This document shows, one piece after another, positions 52,085 through 60,466 of a stretch of DNA of 64,000 nucleotides. Numbering within the stretch: position 1 is the first letter of the stretch; every line of letters starts with the position of its first letter. The DNA comes from Bacillota bacterium (GTDB lineage Bacteria; Bacillota; Clostridia; Christensenellales; Pumilibacteraceae), in contig WQVM01000001.1 of NCBI GenBank assembly GCA_009783985.1, positions 7,921 to 71,920 of the forward strand, given 5' to 3'. Under the pieces are notes generated by a model. It did not search any database and had not been told where the DNA came from. It was given only the letters and a program-made list of their open reading frames with translations. The position numbers and the translations under genes were made by a program.

Positions 52085-52293
52085 ACAGTAGTTTAGTAGT
52101 TAGTTGTTAATGAGGGGAGGCTAATATATACTTTCATCCGCCCATACGGATGGAAAACCCTTATACATATCAAAACAGAATATGGTAGAATTGTCCTACG
52201 AAACAGACGCTTTGCTTGATTTATAAATCGAAGATATTGCTGTGAGTGTAACGACTTGCTAAAAGGATAGGGGAATAAGACCCAAAAGATACC

Positions 52294-52328
52294 AAAAAAG
52301 CCGTTTGGGAGTTCCTAACGGCTTTTAA
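52294..52328. terminator. Bidirectional terminator
   Basis: AAAAGCCGTT-TGGGAGTTCCT-AACGGCTTTT flanked by an A-run and a T-run. Serves 51725-52084 (+) and, about 180 nt downstream of its stop, spoVG (-). Confidence 0.75.
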
Positions 52329-52506
52329 GCACATAAATACATTTGCCCGTCAAAATATCATCTGTATACGGGGGAGTGAAACCTTTGGGTTGTATTCAAA
52401 GGGGTGACAAAGATGCCTTTGTGATTTGCTTAATGTTGTTAAATAGGGATTTGGTCGCTATTATTCAAACAGTTAGCAATATATTTAGTTGTGTTTTTGA
52501 AAAGTT

Positions 52507-52785
52507 TTAAGTGTTTGCTTCTTTTGCTTTTTCGAATTCGCTTAATATAAGAGCTTTGAGTTTATCACGCATTTCGTTGTTGGTAGGATGTACGATATCT
52601 CTGTATTCGCCCATAGGAGTTTTTTTGCTGGGCATAGCTACAAATAGTCCGCCGTCGCCGCCCTCAATGATTTTTAGGTCGTGGATAACAAAGCAATTGT
52701 CGATAGTTATAGAAGCTACACCTTTGAGTTTGCCTTCGCTTTCGGTCTTGACCATACGGATACGAGTTTCTGTGATGTTAAGCAT
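52507..52785 (-). CDS. spoVG: Septation/regulatory protein SpoVG
   Basis: MLNITETRIRMV...LKGVASITIDNCFVIHDLKIIEG..GLFVAMPS.K...GEYRDIVHP. Confidence 0.95.
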   Translation of the reverse strand: MLNITETRIRMVKTESEGKLKGVASITIDNCFVIHDLKIIEGGDGGLFVAMPSKKTPMGEYRDIVHPTNNEMRDKLKALILSEFEKAKEANT

Positions 52786-52921
52786 TATTTTACTTTCTCC
52801 TCTTGACGCTTGCTTTTAATATAACTTGCGTCTTTGATATTATACCATATCTAATTAAAAAAAGCAAGGGTTTTTGACAAAAAAATTGCAACAAAATTAT
52901 AGTTTTTTTGAGCAAAAATCC

Positions 52922-52950
52922 TTGACAAATATTTGGTCAAAGTGTATAAT
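52922..52950 (+). promoter_or_regulatory. Consensus promoter of nrdD
   Basis: TTGACA, 17-nt spacer, TATAAT. Confidence 0.7.
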
Positions 52951-52980
52951 CTATAGGCAAACATACATTTTGACAAAAAC

Positions 52981-53036
52981 CACAATATATAGTGTTTTTT
53001 TGCTGTAAAATGGGGTTTTTGACACAATATATAGTA
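52981..53036 (+). promoter_or_regulatory. Two NrdR boxes
   Basis: CACAATATATAGTG (52981-52994) and CACAATATATAGTA (53023-53036), 42 nt apart, just downstream of the -10. They match the NrdR-box consensus acaCwAtATaTwGtgt as I recall it. Confidence 0.75.
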
Positions 53037-53243
53037 ACAATTATAAGTTATAAATTATCAATTATAATTTATTGGAATAGATGTTTTGTCAACGCAAAAA
53101 TCAAAAAGTTATAACTTATAATTCATGTCTAAGGAAAAAACATCTAACGCTAAAGTTGTGACACAAGAAAGGGCATCAGCCTTTACCACCAAAGGTGGCT
53201 TTCTTATAATTCATAATTTATAATTATTTAAGTGAGGTTTAAT

Positions 53244-55550
53244 ATGAATACTGTAGTCAAAAGAGACGGACGCAAGGCTAGATTTGACAAAGATAAGATT
53301 GTCCGTGCTATCGAAAAAGCATTGCGTGCCGCCAACATCAAAGATGTGGGCAGAGCTGTCGAACTTGCCGAGCAAGTCGAGGCTAAGTTTGCACATGGGG
53401 TGATTCCTGCCGTTGAGGTTATTCAGGACACAGTAGAGGCGGTGCTTGTCGAGAACGGTTTAGTTTTGACTGCTAAAGAGTTTATATTGTATAGGGCGGA
53501 GCGTACCCGTATCCGTGAGCGCAACACTCGTCTTATGCAAACTCTGCAAGACCTTACTTTTAAGTCGGCAAAAGATAACGACATTAAGCGCGAAAATGCT
53601 AATATTGACGGCGATACGGCTATGGGTACAATGCTCAAATACGGGTCGGAGAGCGCTAAGCAGTTTTATGAAATGTCAGTACTGCATCCTTTGCACAGCC
53701 AAATGCACAAGAGTGGTGATATTCATATCCACGACCTTGACTTTTTTACGCTTACGACTACTTGTTGTCAAATAGATTTGGACAAACTTTTTAGAGGTGG
53801 TTTTTCGACAGGTCACGGTTTTTTGCGTGAACCTAATCATATCGGAAGTTATGCGAGTTTGGCATGTATTGCTATTCAGTCTAATCAAAATGACCAACAC
53901 GGCGGACAGAGCGTGCCGACTTTTGACTATGCGCTTGCCCCCGGCGTGGCTAAGACTTATGTCAAATGTTATCGTGACAATATGATTAAGGCTCTTGACC
54001 TTTTGGGCGGTGTGGCTGATGCCGAAAAAATTGTTAAGGATACTATGGCTAAGATTTTGACGGAGCATGAGTTAGTGCCTACGCTCAAAAGCGATAACAA
54101 GTACGGCGCTACAGAGGCGGCGGAACTTAGCAAGATTGCGACTAAAGCAATTGTTGCCAAGTGTCAAAAATGGACAATCGAAAGAGCGACAGCCGAGACG
54201 GAGAGGGCGACCTACCAAGCTATGGAGGCACTGGTGCATAATCTTAATACTATGCACTCTAGGGCAGGGGCACAAATCCCGTTTAGCTCAATCAACTACG
54301 GTACAGATACGACTCTTGAGGGGCGAATGATTATCCGCAATATTTTGCTAGCTACTGAGTCAGGCTTAGGCAATAGCGAGACGCCGATTTTTCCTATTCA
54401 TGTTTTTAAGGTAAAGGAAGGGGTCAACTATAACAAAACCGACCCTAACTATGACTTATTTAAGTTGGCGATGAAAGTCAGTGCTAAGAGGCTTTTTCCT
54501 AATTTTAATTTTTTGGATGCGAGTTTTAATAAGCAGTATTATAAAGAAGGACGACCCGAAACCGAGTGCGCTTATATGGGTTGCCGTACAAGGGTTATAG
54601 GCAATGCGCACGACCCTAATAATGAGATTGTTACGGGGCGGGGCAACCTTAGTTTTACTTCTCTCAATTTGCCCCGTATGGCGATTAGGGCAAAGGGCAG
54701 CAATGATTTATTTTTTGATTTGCTTGACCGTAATATGGAAGTTATTGTCAATCAGCTACTGGAGAGATTTGAGATACAATCTAATAAACGGGTGCGTAAT
54801 TATCCTTTCTTGATGGGGCAGGGAGTGTGGATTGGGACGGACGGATTGGGTCCTGATGACAGCGTGGGTGAGGCTCTCAAACACGGCACTTTGGCGGTTG
54901 GGTTTATAGGGCTTGCCGAATGTCTAAAGGCTCTTACGGGCAAACACCACGGCGAGAGTGTAGAGTCGCAGAATTTAGGACTGGAGATAGTCGGTTATAT
55001 GCGCAAAAAATGCGACGAAGCCGCCAAAAGATACAAACTCAACTTCTCGCTTATAGCAACCCCTGCCGAGGGGCTTAGCGGTCGTTTTGTTAAGATTGAC
55101 AAGGACAAATTTGGAATAATTCCTGAGGTGACAGATAGGGAGTATTATACTAATTCTTTCCATGTGCCGGTATACTATAATATCAGTGCCCACGACAAAA
55201 TTAAGCTAGAAGCTCCGTATCACGCACTGACTAATGGTGGACATATTACCTATGTAGAGTTTGACGGTGCGGCGGTAGGCAATCTGGAGGCTTTTGAAAA
55301 GATTGTCCGATTTATGAAAGAGAGTGATGTAGGTTACGGCTCTATCAATCACCCCGTAGACAGAGACCCTGTATGCGGATACACAGGCATAATCAACGGC
55401 ACCTGCCCCAAGTGCGGTCGCAAAGAAGCCGATGGAAGTGAAGCCTTTGAGCGAATCAGACGCATAACCGGCTACCTAGTAGGCACACTAGACCGATTCA
55501 ACAACGCCAAAAAAACCGAGACTAACGAGAGAGTTAAGCATAATCTTTAG
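53244..55550 (+). CDS. nrdD: Anaerobic ribonucleoside-triphosphate reductase (class III) with N-terminal ATP-cone
   Basis: ATP-cone VVKRDGRKARFDKDKI. C-terminal Zn ribbon CPKCG and glycyl-radical motif RRITGYL. ATG at 53244 after GTGAGG. Confidence 0.95.
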   Translation: MNTVVKRDGRKARFDKDKIVRAIEKALRAANIKDVGRAVELAEQVEAKFAHGVIPAVEVIQDTVEAVLVENGLVLTAKEFILYRAERTRIRERNTRLMQTLQDLTFKSAKDNDIKRENANIDGDTAMGTMLKYGSESAKQFYEMSVLHPLHSQMHKSGDIHIHDLDFFTLTTTCCQIDLDKLFRGGFSTGHGFLREPNHIGSYASLACIAIQSNQNDQHGGQSVPTFDYALAPGVAKTYVKCYRDNMIKALDLLGGVADAEKIVKDTMAKILTEHELVPTLKSDNKYGATEAAELSKIATKAIVAKCQKWTIERATAETERATYQAMEALVHNLNTMHSRAGAQIPFSSINYGTDTTLEGRMIIRNILLATESGLGNSETPIFPIHVFKVKEGVNYNKTDPNYDLFKLAMKVSAKRLFPNFNFLDASFNKQYYKEGRPETECAYMGCRTRVIGNAHDPNNEIVTGRGNLSFTSLNLPRMAIRAKGSNDLFFDLLDRNMEVIVNQLLERFEIQSNKRVRNYPFLMGQGVWIGTDGLGPDDSVGEALKHGTLAVGFIGLAECLKALTGKHHGESVESQNLGLEIVGYMRKKCDEAAKRYKLNFSLIATPAEGLSGRFVKIDKDKFGIIPEVTDREYYTNSFHVPVYYNISAHDKIKLEAPYHALTNGGHITYVEFDGAAVGNLEAFEKIVRFMKESDVGYGSINHPVDRDPVCGYTGIINGTCPKCGRKEADGSEAFERIRRITGYLVGTLDRFNNAKKTETNERVKHNL

Positions 55551-55616
55551 GCGGACAAGTAATAACTTATTAAGGTTACGGAACAACTTTATTGAAAACT
55601 AGATTAGAGGTAGATA

Positions 55617-56825
55617 ATGAAATTGCCAATTATGTGGGACAAGATTTTGCTCCCGAAGATAAATGTTGACTTAAGTAAGTGGGCTGTTGTGGCTTGTGAC
55701 CAGTATACCTCTAATCCGGAGTATTGGGAAAAGTTGGACACTCAAGTCGGTGATAATCCAAGTACCTTGCGGCTGATTTTGCCGGAGGTTTTTTTGGGTA
55801 AAGACGACGAAACCAGGAGCAAGAAAATCGCTGCCGCAATGGGGGAGTATGTCAAGGGTGGGATTTTTGATACGGTAGATGACGGGGTAATCGTTGTCGA
55901 GAGGACAACGGTGTCTAACGGGTCAACAAAAAAACGCAAAGGCATAATGCTTGTAGTTGATTTGGATGCATATAGTTTTAAGCATGAGGATAAGGCGTTA
56001 ATTAGAGCAACAGAGGGCACAGTAATCGAGCGTCTTCCGCCGAGGGCTGCCGTAAGGGCTAAATGCGGACTGGAGTTGCCTCATATTATGCTACTGGTTG
56101 ATGACCCTAAAAGGACATTGATTGAGCCGTTGGTTAAGGCAAAGGGCAAGGAGTTGTATAAGACCGAACTTAATAGCGGTGGCGGTAAGATTAGCGGGAA
56201 ATTGGTTGACGGATGTAAGCAGGCAGAAAGCGCTCTTGAAAAACTACTTGCCGATAGTATCAAAAAGTACGGCGAACCGCTCTTATTCGGAGTAGGTGAC
56301 GGCAACCATTCGCTTGCGGCGGCTAAAATGGTATATGAGCAATCGGGCAATCCAAAAAGCAAGTATGCACTTGTAGAGGTAGTTAATATCTATGATGAGG
56401 GACTGGAATTCGAACCGATTCATAGACTGATAATAGGGACTAAGTCAAAAGCGCTTGTTGATGTGTTGGTTGCTAAGCTGGGTGTAGATACAGGAGCTAA
56501 GGCAAAGCACAATCTTATGTGCGGCAAGCAAAAAATCAGTCTTAAATTCCCTAGTGATGCGATTGAGGCTGTAGCTAAGGTGCAAGATATTTTGGATGAC
56601 TTTGTTACGCATAACGGTGGTGAGATTGATTATATTCACGGTGAGGGTGATTTGGAGGAGCTTTGTGCTAAGGATAGTAATAGCGTAGGGATTTTGTTGC
56701 CGCCGATGAGTAAAGATGCGTTGTTTGAGTATGTGGTCAAAAAAGGTGCTTTGCCCAGAAAGACTTTCTCAATGGGAGAGGCATATGAAAAAAGATATTA
56801 TCTTGAGGCGAGAGAGATTAGATAG
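55617..56825 (+). CDS. DUF1015 domain protein
   Basis: IRATEGTVIERLPPRAAVR, GDGNHSLAAAK and FEPIHRLI match DUF1015 landmarks as I remember them. Confidence 0.7.
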   Translation: MKLPIMWDKILLPKINVDLSKWAVVACDQYTSNPEYWEKLDTQVGDNPSTLRLILPEVFLGKDDETRSKKIAAAMGEYVKGGIFDTVDDGVIVVERTTVSNGSTKKRKGIMLVVDLDAYSFKHEDKALIRATEGTVIERLPPRAAVRAKCGLELPHIMLLVDDPKRTLIEPLVKAKGKELYKTELNSGGGKISGKLVDGCKQAESALEKLLADSIKKYGEPLLFGVGDGNHSLAAAKMVYEQSGNPKSKYALVEVVNIYDEGLEFEPIHRLIIGTKSKALVDVLVAKLGVDTGAKAKHNLMCGKQKISLKFPSDAIEAVAKVQDILDDFVTHNGGEIDYIHGEGDLEELCAKDSNSVGILLPPMSKDALFEYVVKKGALPRKTFSMGEAYEKRYYLEAREIR

Positions 56826-56834
56826 AGGGATACG

Positions 56835-57113
56835 ATGTATATCTATATTCTTACTAATAAGTACAATAAAGTTTTTTATGTGGGCGTGACTAATGATTTG
56901 ATTCGGCGTATTTATGAACATAAGAATCAGCTTGTTAAGGGATTCAGTTGCAAATACAATACTGATAAGTTAGTGTATTTTGAAAAATTTGTTAGTGTAG
57001 TAGATGCTATAGCTAGAGAAAAGCAAATTAAAGGCGGAAGCCGACAGGATAAAATAACTCTGATTTGCAAAGATAATCCTGAGTATTTGGACTTGTATGA
57101 GGGTCTTTTGTAG
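56835..57113 (+). CDS. Stand-alone GIY-YIG nuclease-family protein (UPF0213-like)
   Basis: MYIYILTN..NKVFYVGVTNDLIRRIYEHK...FSCKYN...LVYFE...AIAREKQIKG. Confidence 0.85.
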   Translation: MYIYILTNKYNKVFYVGVTNDLIRRIYEHKNQLVKGFSCKYNTDKLVYFEKFVSVVDAIAREKQIKGGSRQDKITLICKDNPEYLDLYEGLL

Positions 57114-57149
57114 GGGTGTGAGAGTGTTTGGCGGGGCTGTTGTTCTTTG

Positions 57150-57545
57150 AGGAGCGAAGCGACCCACCCCCTGCGGGGCTAATGTCATTGCGAGGAGCGA
57201 AAGCGACGAAGCAATCCCATGTAAAGAGTTCTATTCGTGGGATTGCTTCGTCGCTAAAACTCCTCGCAATAGACTTGTGTCGAAATGAGTAATAATCATT
57301 TGATTGAGCAACAGCAACGGTTAGATGTCCTACGAAGCACCGCAGGTATTTCGACCGAAGCGGAGAAATCTCCTTATTAGCTGTATTTTAGCACGATTTT
57401 TGGGAAGATCTCTCCGCTTTGGTCGAGATGACACACAATCTTTACTGTTGACCCACGAATAATATTTCCCATTTCGACACAAGTCTAATGACGGTAGACC
57501 TGCAGGGGGCTCGCTAGATACTTCGCTTGGGGTCTTTGACAGCTC
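57150..57545. repeat. Nest of at least four inverted-repeat pairs, including a full box1/box2 hairpin
   Basis: 57184-57219/57238-57274 (GTCATTGCGAGGAGCGAAAGCGACGAAGCAATCCCA / TGGGATTGCTTCGTCGCTAAAACTCCTCGCAATAGAC). 57273-57287/57470-57485 (about 15-16 bp, apparently perfect). 57351-57370/57407-57426. CCCCCTGCGGGG / CCTGCAGGGGG outermost. Confidence 0.85.
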
Positions 57546-57599
57546 CTACCAAATGTTTATATAATAAATTGAATAATAAAAATTTTAGAGAATAAAATA

Positions 57600-58907
57600 A
57601 TGAGTACAAAAATGAAAGTATGTAAATTTGGCGGCACTAGTATGGCTAATGCTGAGACAATAGCTAAAGTTGCCGAGATAATTAAAACGGACAAGAGCCG
57701 TAAGTTTGTGGTGGTGTCTGCGCCGGGCAAACGCCGTCCCAGTGACACTAAGGTGACGGATTTGTTGTATGCGTGTGCGGACAGCAAGGATTTTGACGAG
57801 GCTCTAAGCAAGGTCAAAGAACGCTTTGACGATATAATCAAAGAGAGCAAAATCAAGCTAAAGCTAGACTATACTATGACAAAAAAAGATACCCGTGAGT
57901 ATCTTGCCAGTAGGGGAGAATATCTTGCCGGTAAAGTTATGGCACAGATTTTGGGGTATGAGTTTATTGACGCTGCCGAGATAATTAAATTTGACAGCAA
58001 GGGTAACTTTTTGGCGGAGGTTACTCATAATCTTTGCAAAAAGCGTTTTGCTAAAGTCAAAACGGGTGCGGTTATTCCGGGTTTTTATGGAAGTGACGAT
58101 AAGGGTGACATCAAGACTTTTTCTCGTGGGGGGTCTGATGTTACGGGGGCGATTATTGCTAGGGCGATAGATGCCGAAGTGTACGAAAACTGGACTGATG
58201 TGGATGGTTTTTTGAAGTGTGACCCACGCATTGTTGATAGTCCTAAGCTAATAGATATGTTGACCTATAAGGAACTTAGGGAACTTAGTTATATGGGGGC
58301 TAATGTGCTGCACCCTGAGGCGATTTTCCCTGTGAGGGCGTCTGATATTTCTATCAATATTAGGAATACCTTTAATCCTAAGCACGAGGGGACGATGATT
58401 GTACCGACTAAGTTTTTTGAGAGGGGTGATTACAAGCGGGAGACTGCGACGATTACAGGAATCGCAGGCAAAAAAGATTTTGTGGCAATCAATGTTGAGA
58501 AGTCAATGATGAATAATGAGGTGGGTTTTGCTCGGCGGTTGTTGCAGGTACTGGAGGATGACGGTGTTTCGGTAGAGCATATGCCTACAGGGATTGATAC
58601 GATTTGTGTGGTTATTGATAGGGCGCAATTTGCTAAGTCCTCTATACAAAAAGTTGTGGACGATGTCAAAAAGGTGTGTAAGCCTGATAGGGTAACGGTG
58701 GTTGAGGATATTGCCCTTATCGCTGTAGTAGGTCACGGAATGACCGCTCGCAAGGGAACAGCTGCCGATGTTTGCGGTGCGCTTGCCGATGCGGATGTCA
58801 ATATCAGAATGATAGACCAAGGCAGCAGTGAACTTAATATCATTGTAGCCGTGGATAACAAGGATTTTGAAACAGCGTTAAAGGCGTTGTACGGTAAATT
58901 AGGGTAG
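57600..58907 (+). CDS. lysC: Aspartate kinase
   Basis: KFGGTSMANAETI, VVVSAPG, GGSD.TGA, two C-terminal ACT-like regions (IALIAVVGHGM). Confidence 0.9.
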   Translation: MSTKMKVCKFGGTSMANAETIAKVAEIIKTDKSRKFVVVSAPGKRRPSDTKVTDLLYACADSKDFDEALSKVKERFDDIIKESKIKLKLDYTMTKKDTREYLASRGEYLAGKVMAQILGYEFIDAAEIIKFDSKGNFLAEVTHNLCKKRFAKVKTGAVIPGFYGSDDKGDIKTFSRGGSDVTGAIIARAIDAEVYENWTDVDGFLKCDPRIVDSPKLIDMLTYKELRELSYMGANVLHPEAIFPVRASDISINIRNTFNPKHEGTMIVPTKFFERGDYKRETATITGIAGKKDFVAINVEKSMMNNEVGFARRLLQVLEDDGVSVEHMPTGIDTICVVIDRAQFAKSSIQKVVDDVKKVCKPDRVTVVEDIALIAVVGHGMTARKGTAADVCGALADADVNIRMIDQGSSELNIIVAVDNKDFETALKALYGKLG

Positions 58908-59036
58908 TGATTAGTGGCTAGTTGATTGGGAGTAGTTCAAAACGCAAAATGATTGCTAAAATTATTTAATTAGTCGAATTCGATGAAATTAACTAAGGAA
59001 TAGTGTTTTAATTAAGTCAAGTCGGGTCATCGTCAT

Positions 59037-59222
59037 TGCGAGCCGTCATAATAGCAGGGGATAAGGAATTGTTATACGGCGAAGCAATCTAGCTAAGAAA
59101 TAGATGGATATATTATCTATGTTTTCATCTATTCCTTAGCTAGATTGCTTCGCCGTATATACTTAGTCTTTGCTATCTGTTGTAGCGACGGCTCGCAAAG
59201 ACGGTAACCGATAAGTGACCGC
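59037..59222. repeat. Copy E of the ~190-bp nested palindromic element (partner of 13371-13563)
   Basis: TCATCGTCATTGCGAGCCGTC ... CGGCGAAGCAATCTAGCTAAGAAATAGATGGA - loop - TTCATCTATTCCTTAGCTAGATTGCTTCGCCG ... GACGGCTCGCAAAGACGGTAACCGATA. Confidence 0.85.
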
Positions 59223-59260
59223 ACTAATTCGAATAATGTGAGGCAAAATGGAGAATAGTT

Positions 59261-59761
59261 ATGGAAAGAACGGTTTTGGCGACACGGAAGCCTTCGGGTT
59301 GGAGAACAGTAATACTTATAGGAACTTTAATAGAGCCTGAACAAACGGTTGCGGGTTATATTGCGGGGATAATCGGAGGGTCAATTTTTGCGTTAAGCAG
59401 CATTTATTTTGTTATATCAATTATTGCTTTGCGTAGATATCCGAAAAACTTGATAGAAATTGACAAAGAAAATGTCTACTTAGCGCCACGCCCTAAACAG
59501 AGAAAAACTGTTCCAATCAGCCAAGTTATTGAAGCAATATTTGACTTTGAGCTGATTGGAGCCAGGACTAGGCAGCGCAATGGATTGAACGGACAAACAA
59601 AACACGGTAAGATAACTTTTATTCTTATGGACGGAACAAGAATTAAACAACGGAACATTGCTAATTTGGAAGATGTGCAAAAAGCGTTTCAAAAAACCAA
59701 ATTAAGAAAAAGCAACCTTGAAAAAGCATGGATAGCCAAACACGGGCACTCTGAAGAGTAA
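59261..59761 (+). CDS. Hypothetical membrane protein
   Basis: 166 aa. One or two TM segments (YIAGIIGGSIFALSSIYFVISIIAL) followed by a soluble domain. RBS TGGAG. Confidence 0.5.
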   Translation: MERTVLATRKPSGWRTVILIGTLIEPEQTVAGYIAGIIGGSIFALSSIYFVISIIALRRYPKNLIEIDKENVYLAPRPKQRKTVPISQVIEAIFDFELIGARTRQRNGLNGQTKHGKITFILMDGTRIKQRNIANLEDVQKAFQKTKLRKSNLEKAWIAKHGHSEE

Positions 59762-59795
59762 GTTAGAATTATGCTAAAGTAAGGGGAAGGTAATC

Positions 59796-60290
59796 ATGGC
59801 AAAGCAACAATCGGTAAAAAGTTTAACGGCACAAATGCAAAAAGTCAGAATTGAGGGTTTTGCTTTTGAGCGGGTGAGCCGTGGAGACCGTGGCGGCAAC
59901 GGTGTTTACGGAGCTTTAGACGACGGCACACAAATTGGTTTTTTGATACCGTATATGAAAGATGATGACGCTGAGTCCGGAGAAAAAATTATTAAGCAAT
60001 TTAATATTTATTTGAACTGGGTGCGTAAAATGAATGAGTTAATCAAAGATAAAGAACGATACAAACTCAAAAAATTTGATGATGCGGACATGATACTTAC
60101 CACGACACTTACTTTTGAAAGCGGTGGTAAAACATTTCAGTTTAATGTGGATAAGGCTTGGTGGAAGAAAAATCATCCTCATAACGAGCCGCCAACATAT
60201 TACACACCTGAAGAATATTGGAAGAATGCAAAGAAAGTACTAAAAGAAGAATTCAAGAAGTTTGAAAAACAAAAAGGCAAAAAATTATAA
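59796..60290 (+). CDS. Hypothetical protein
   Basis: 164 aa, lysine-rich C-terminus. GGGGAAGG RBS. No family recognised. Confidence 0.5.
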   Translation: MAKQQSVKSLTAQMQKVRIEGFAFERVSRGDRGGNGVYGALDDGTQIGFLIPYMKDDDAESGEKIIKQFNIYLNWVRKMNELIKDKERYKLKKFDDADMILTTTLTFESGGKTFQFNVDKAWWKKNHPHNEPPTYYTPEEYWKNAKKVLKEEFKKFEKQKGKKL

Positions 60291-60466
60291 AGAGAAATTC
60301 AGCGGTAATGCTAGCCCTTGCAATCCACAATCACTATATTAGTCATCAATTTGCAAAATGCAACCTCTTTTGGTTGTATTTTTGATTGTATTATGATACA
60401 ATATTTAATGAGTGTAATTTTAGGCGGACAGTTTTTTGCACCGTCGAATACGGAAATACTTAATTA

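Noticed and set aside
53040-53230. Cobalamin or other riboswitch in the nrdD leader
   Set aside because: No B12-box-like GCCACTG/AGYCMGG core. The region is an AT-rich word repeat rather than a compact conserved aptamer.
55617-56825. Possibility that the gene after nrdD is the activase NrdG
   Set aside because: No CxxxCxxC radical-SAM motif. The sequence fits DUF1015 landmarks instead.
57115-57599. Lysine (L-box) riboswitch upstream of aspartate kinase
   Set aside because: I looked for the L-box landmarks (AGAGGTGC..., GGGGAGCGTCGCCGAAG-like core, CTGTCA) and did not find them. The space is filled by nested palindromic repeats instead.
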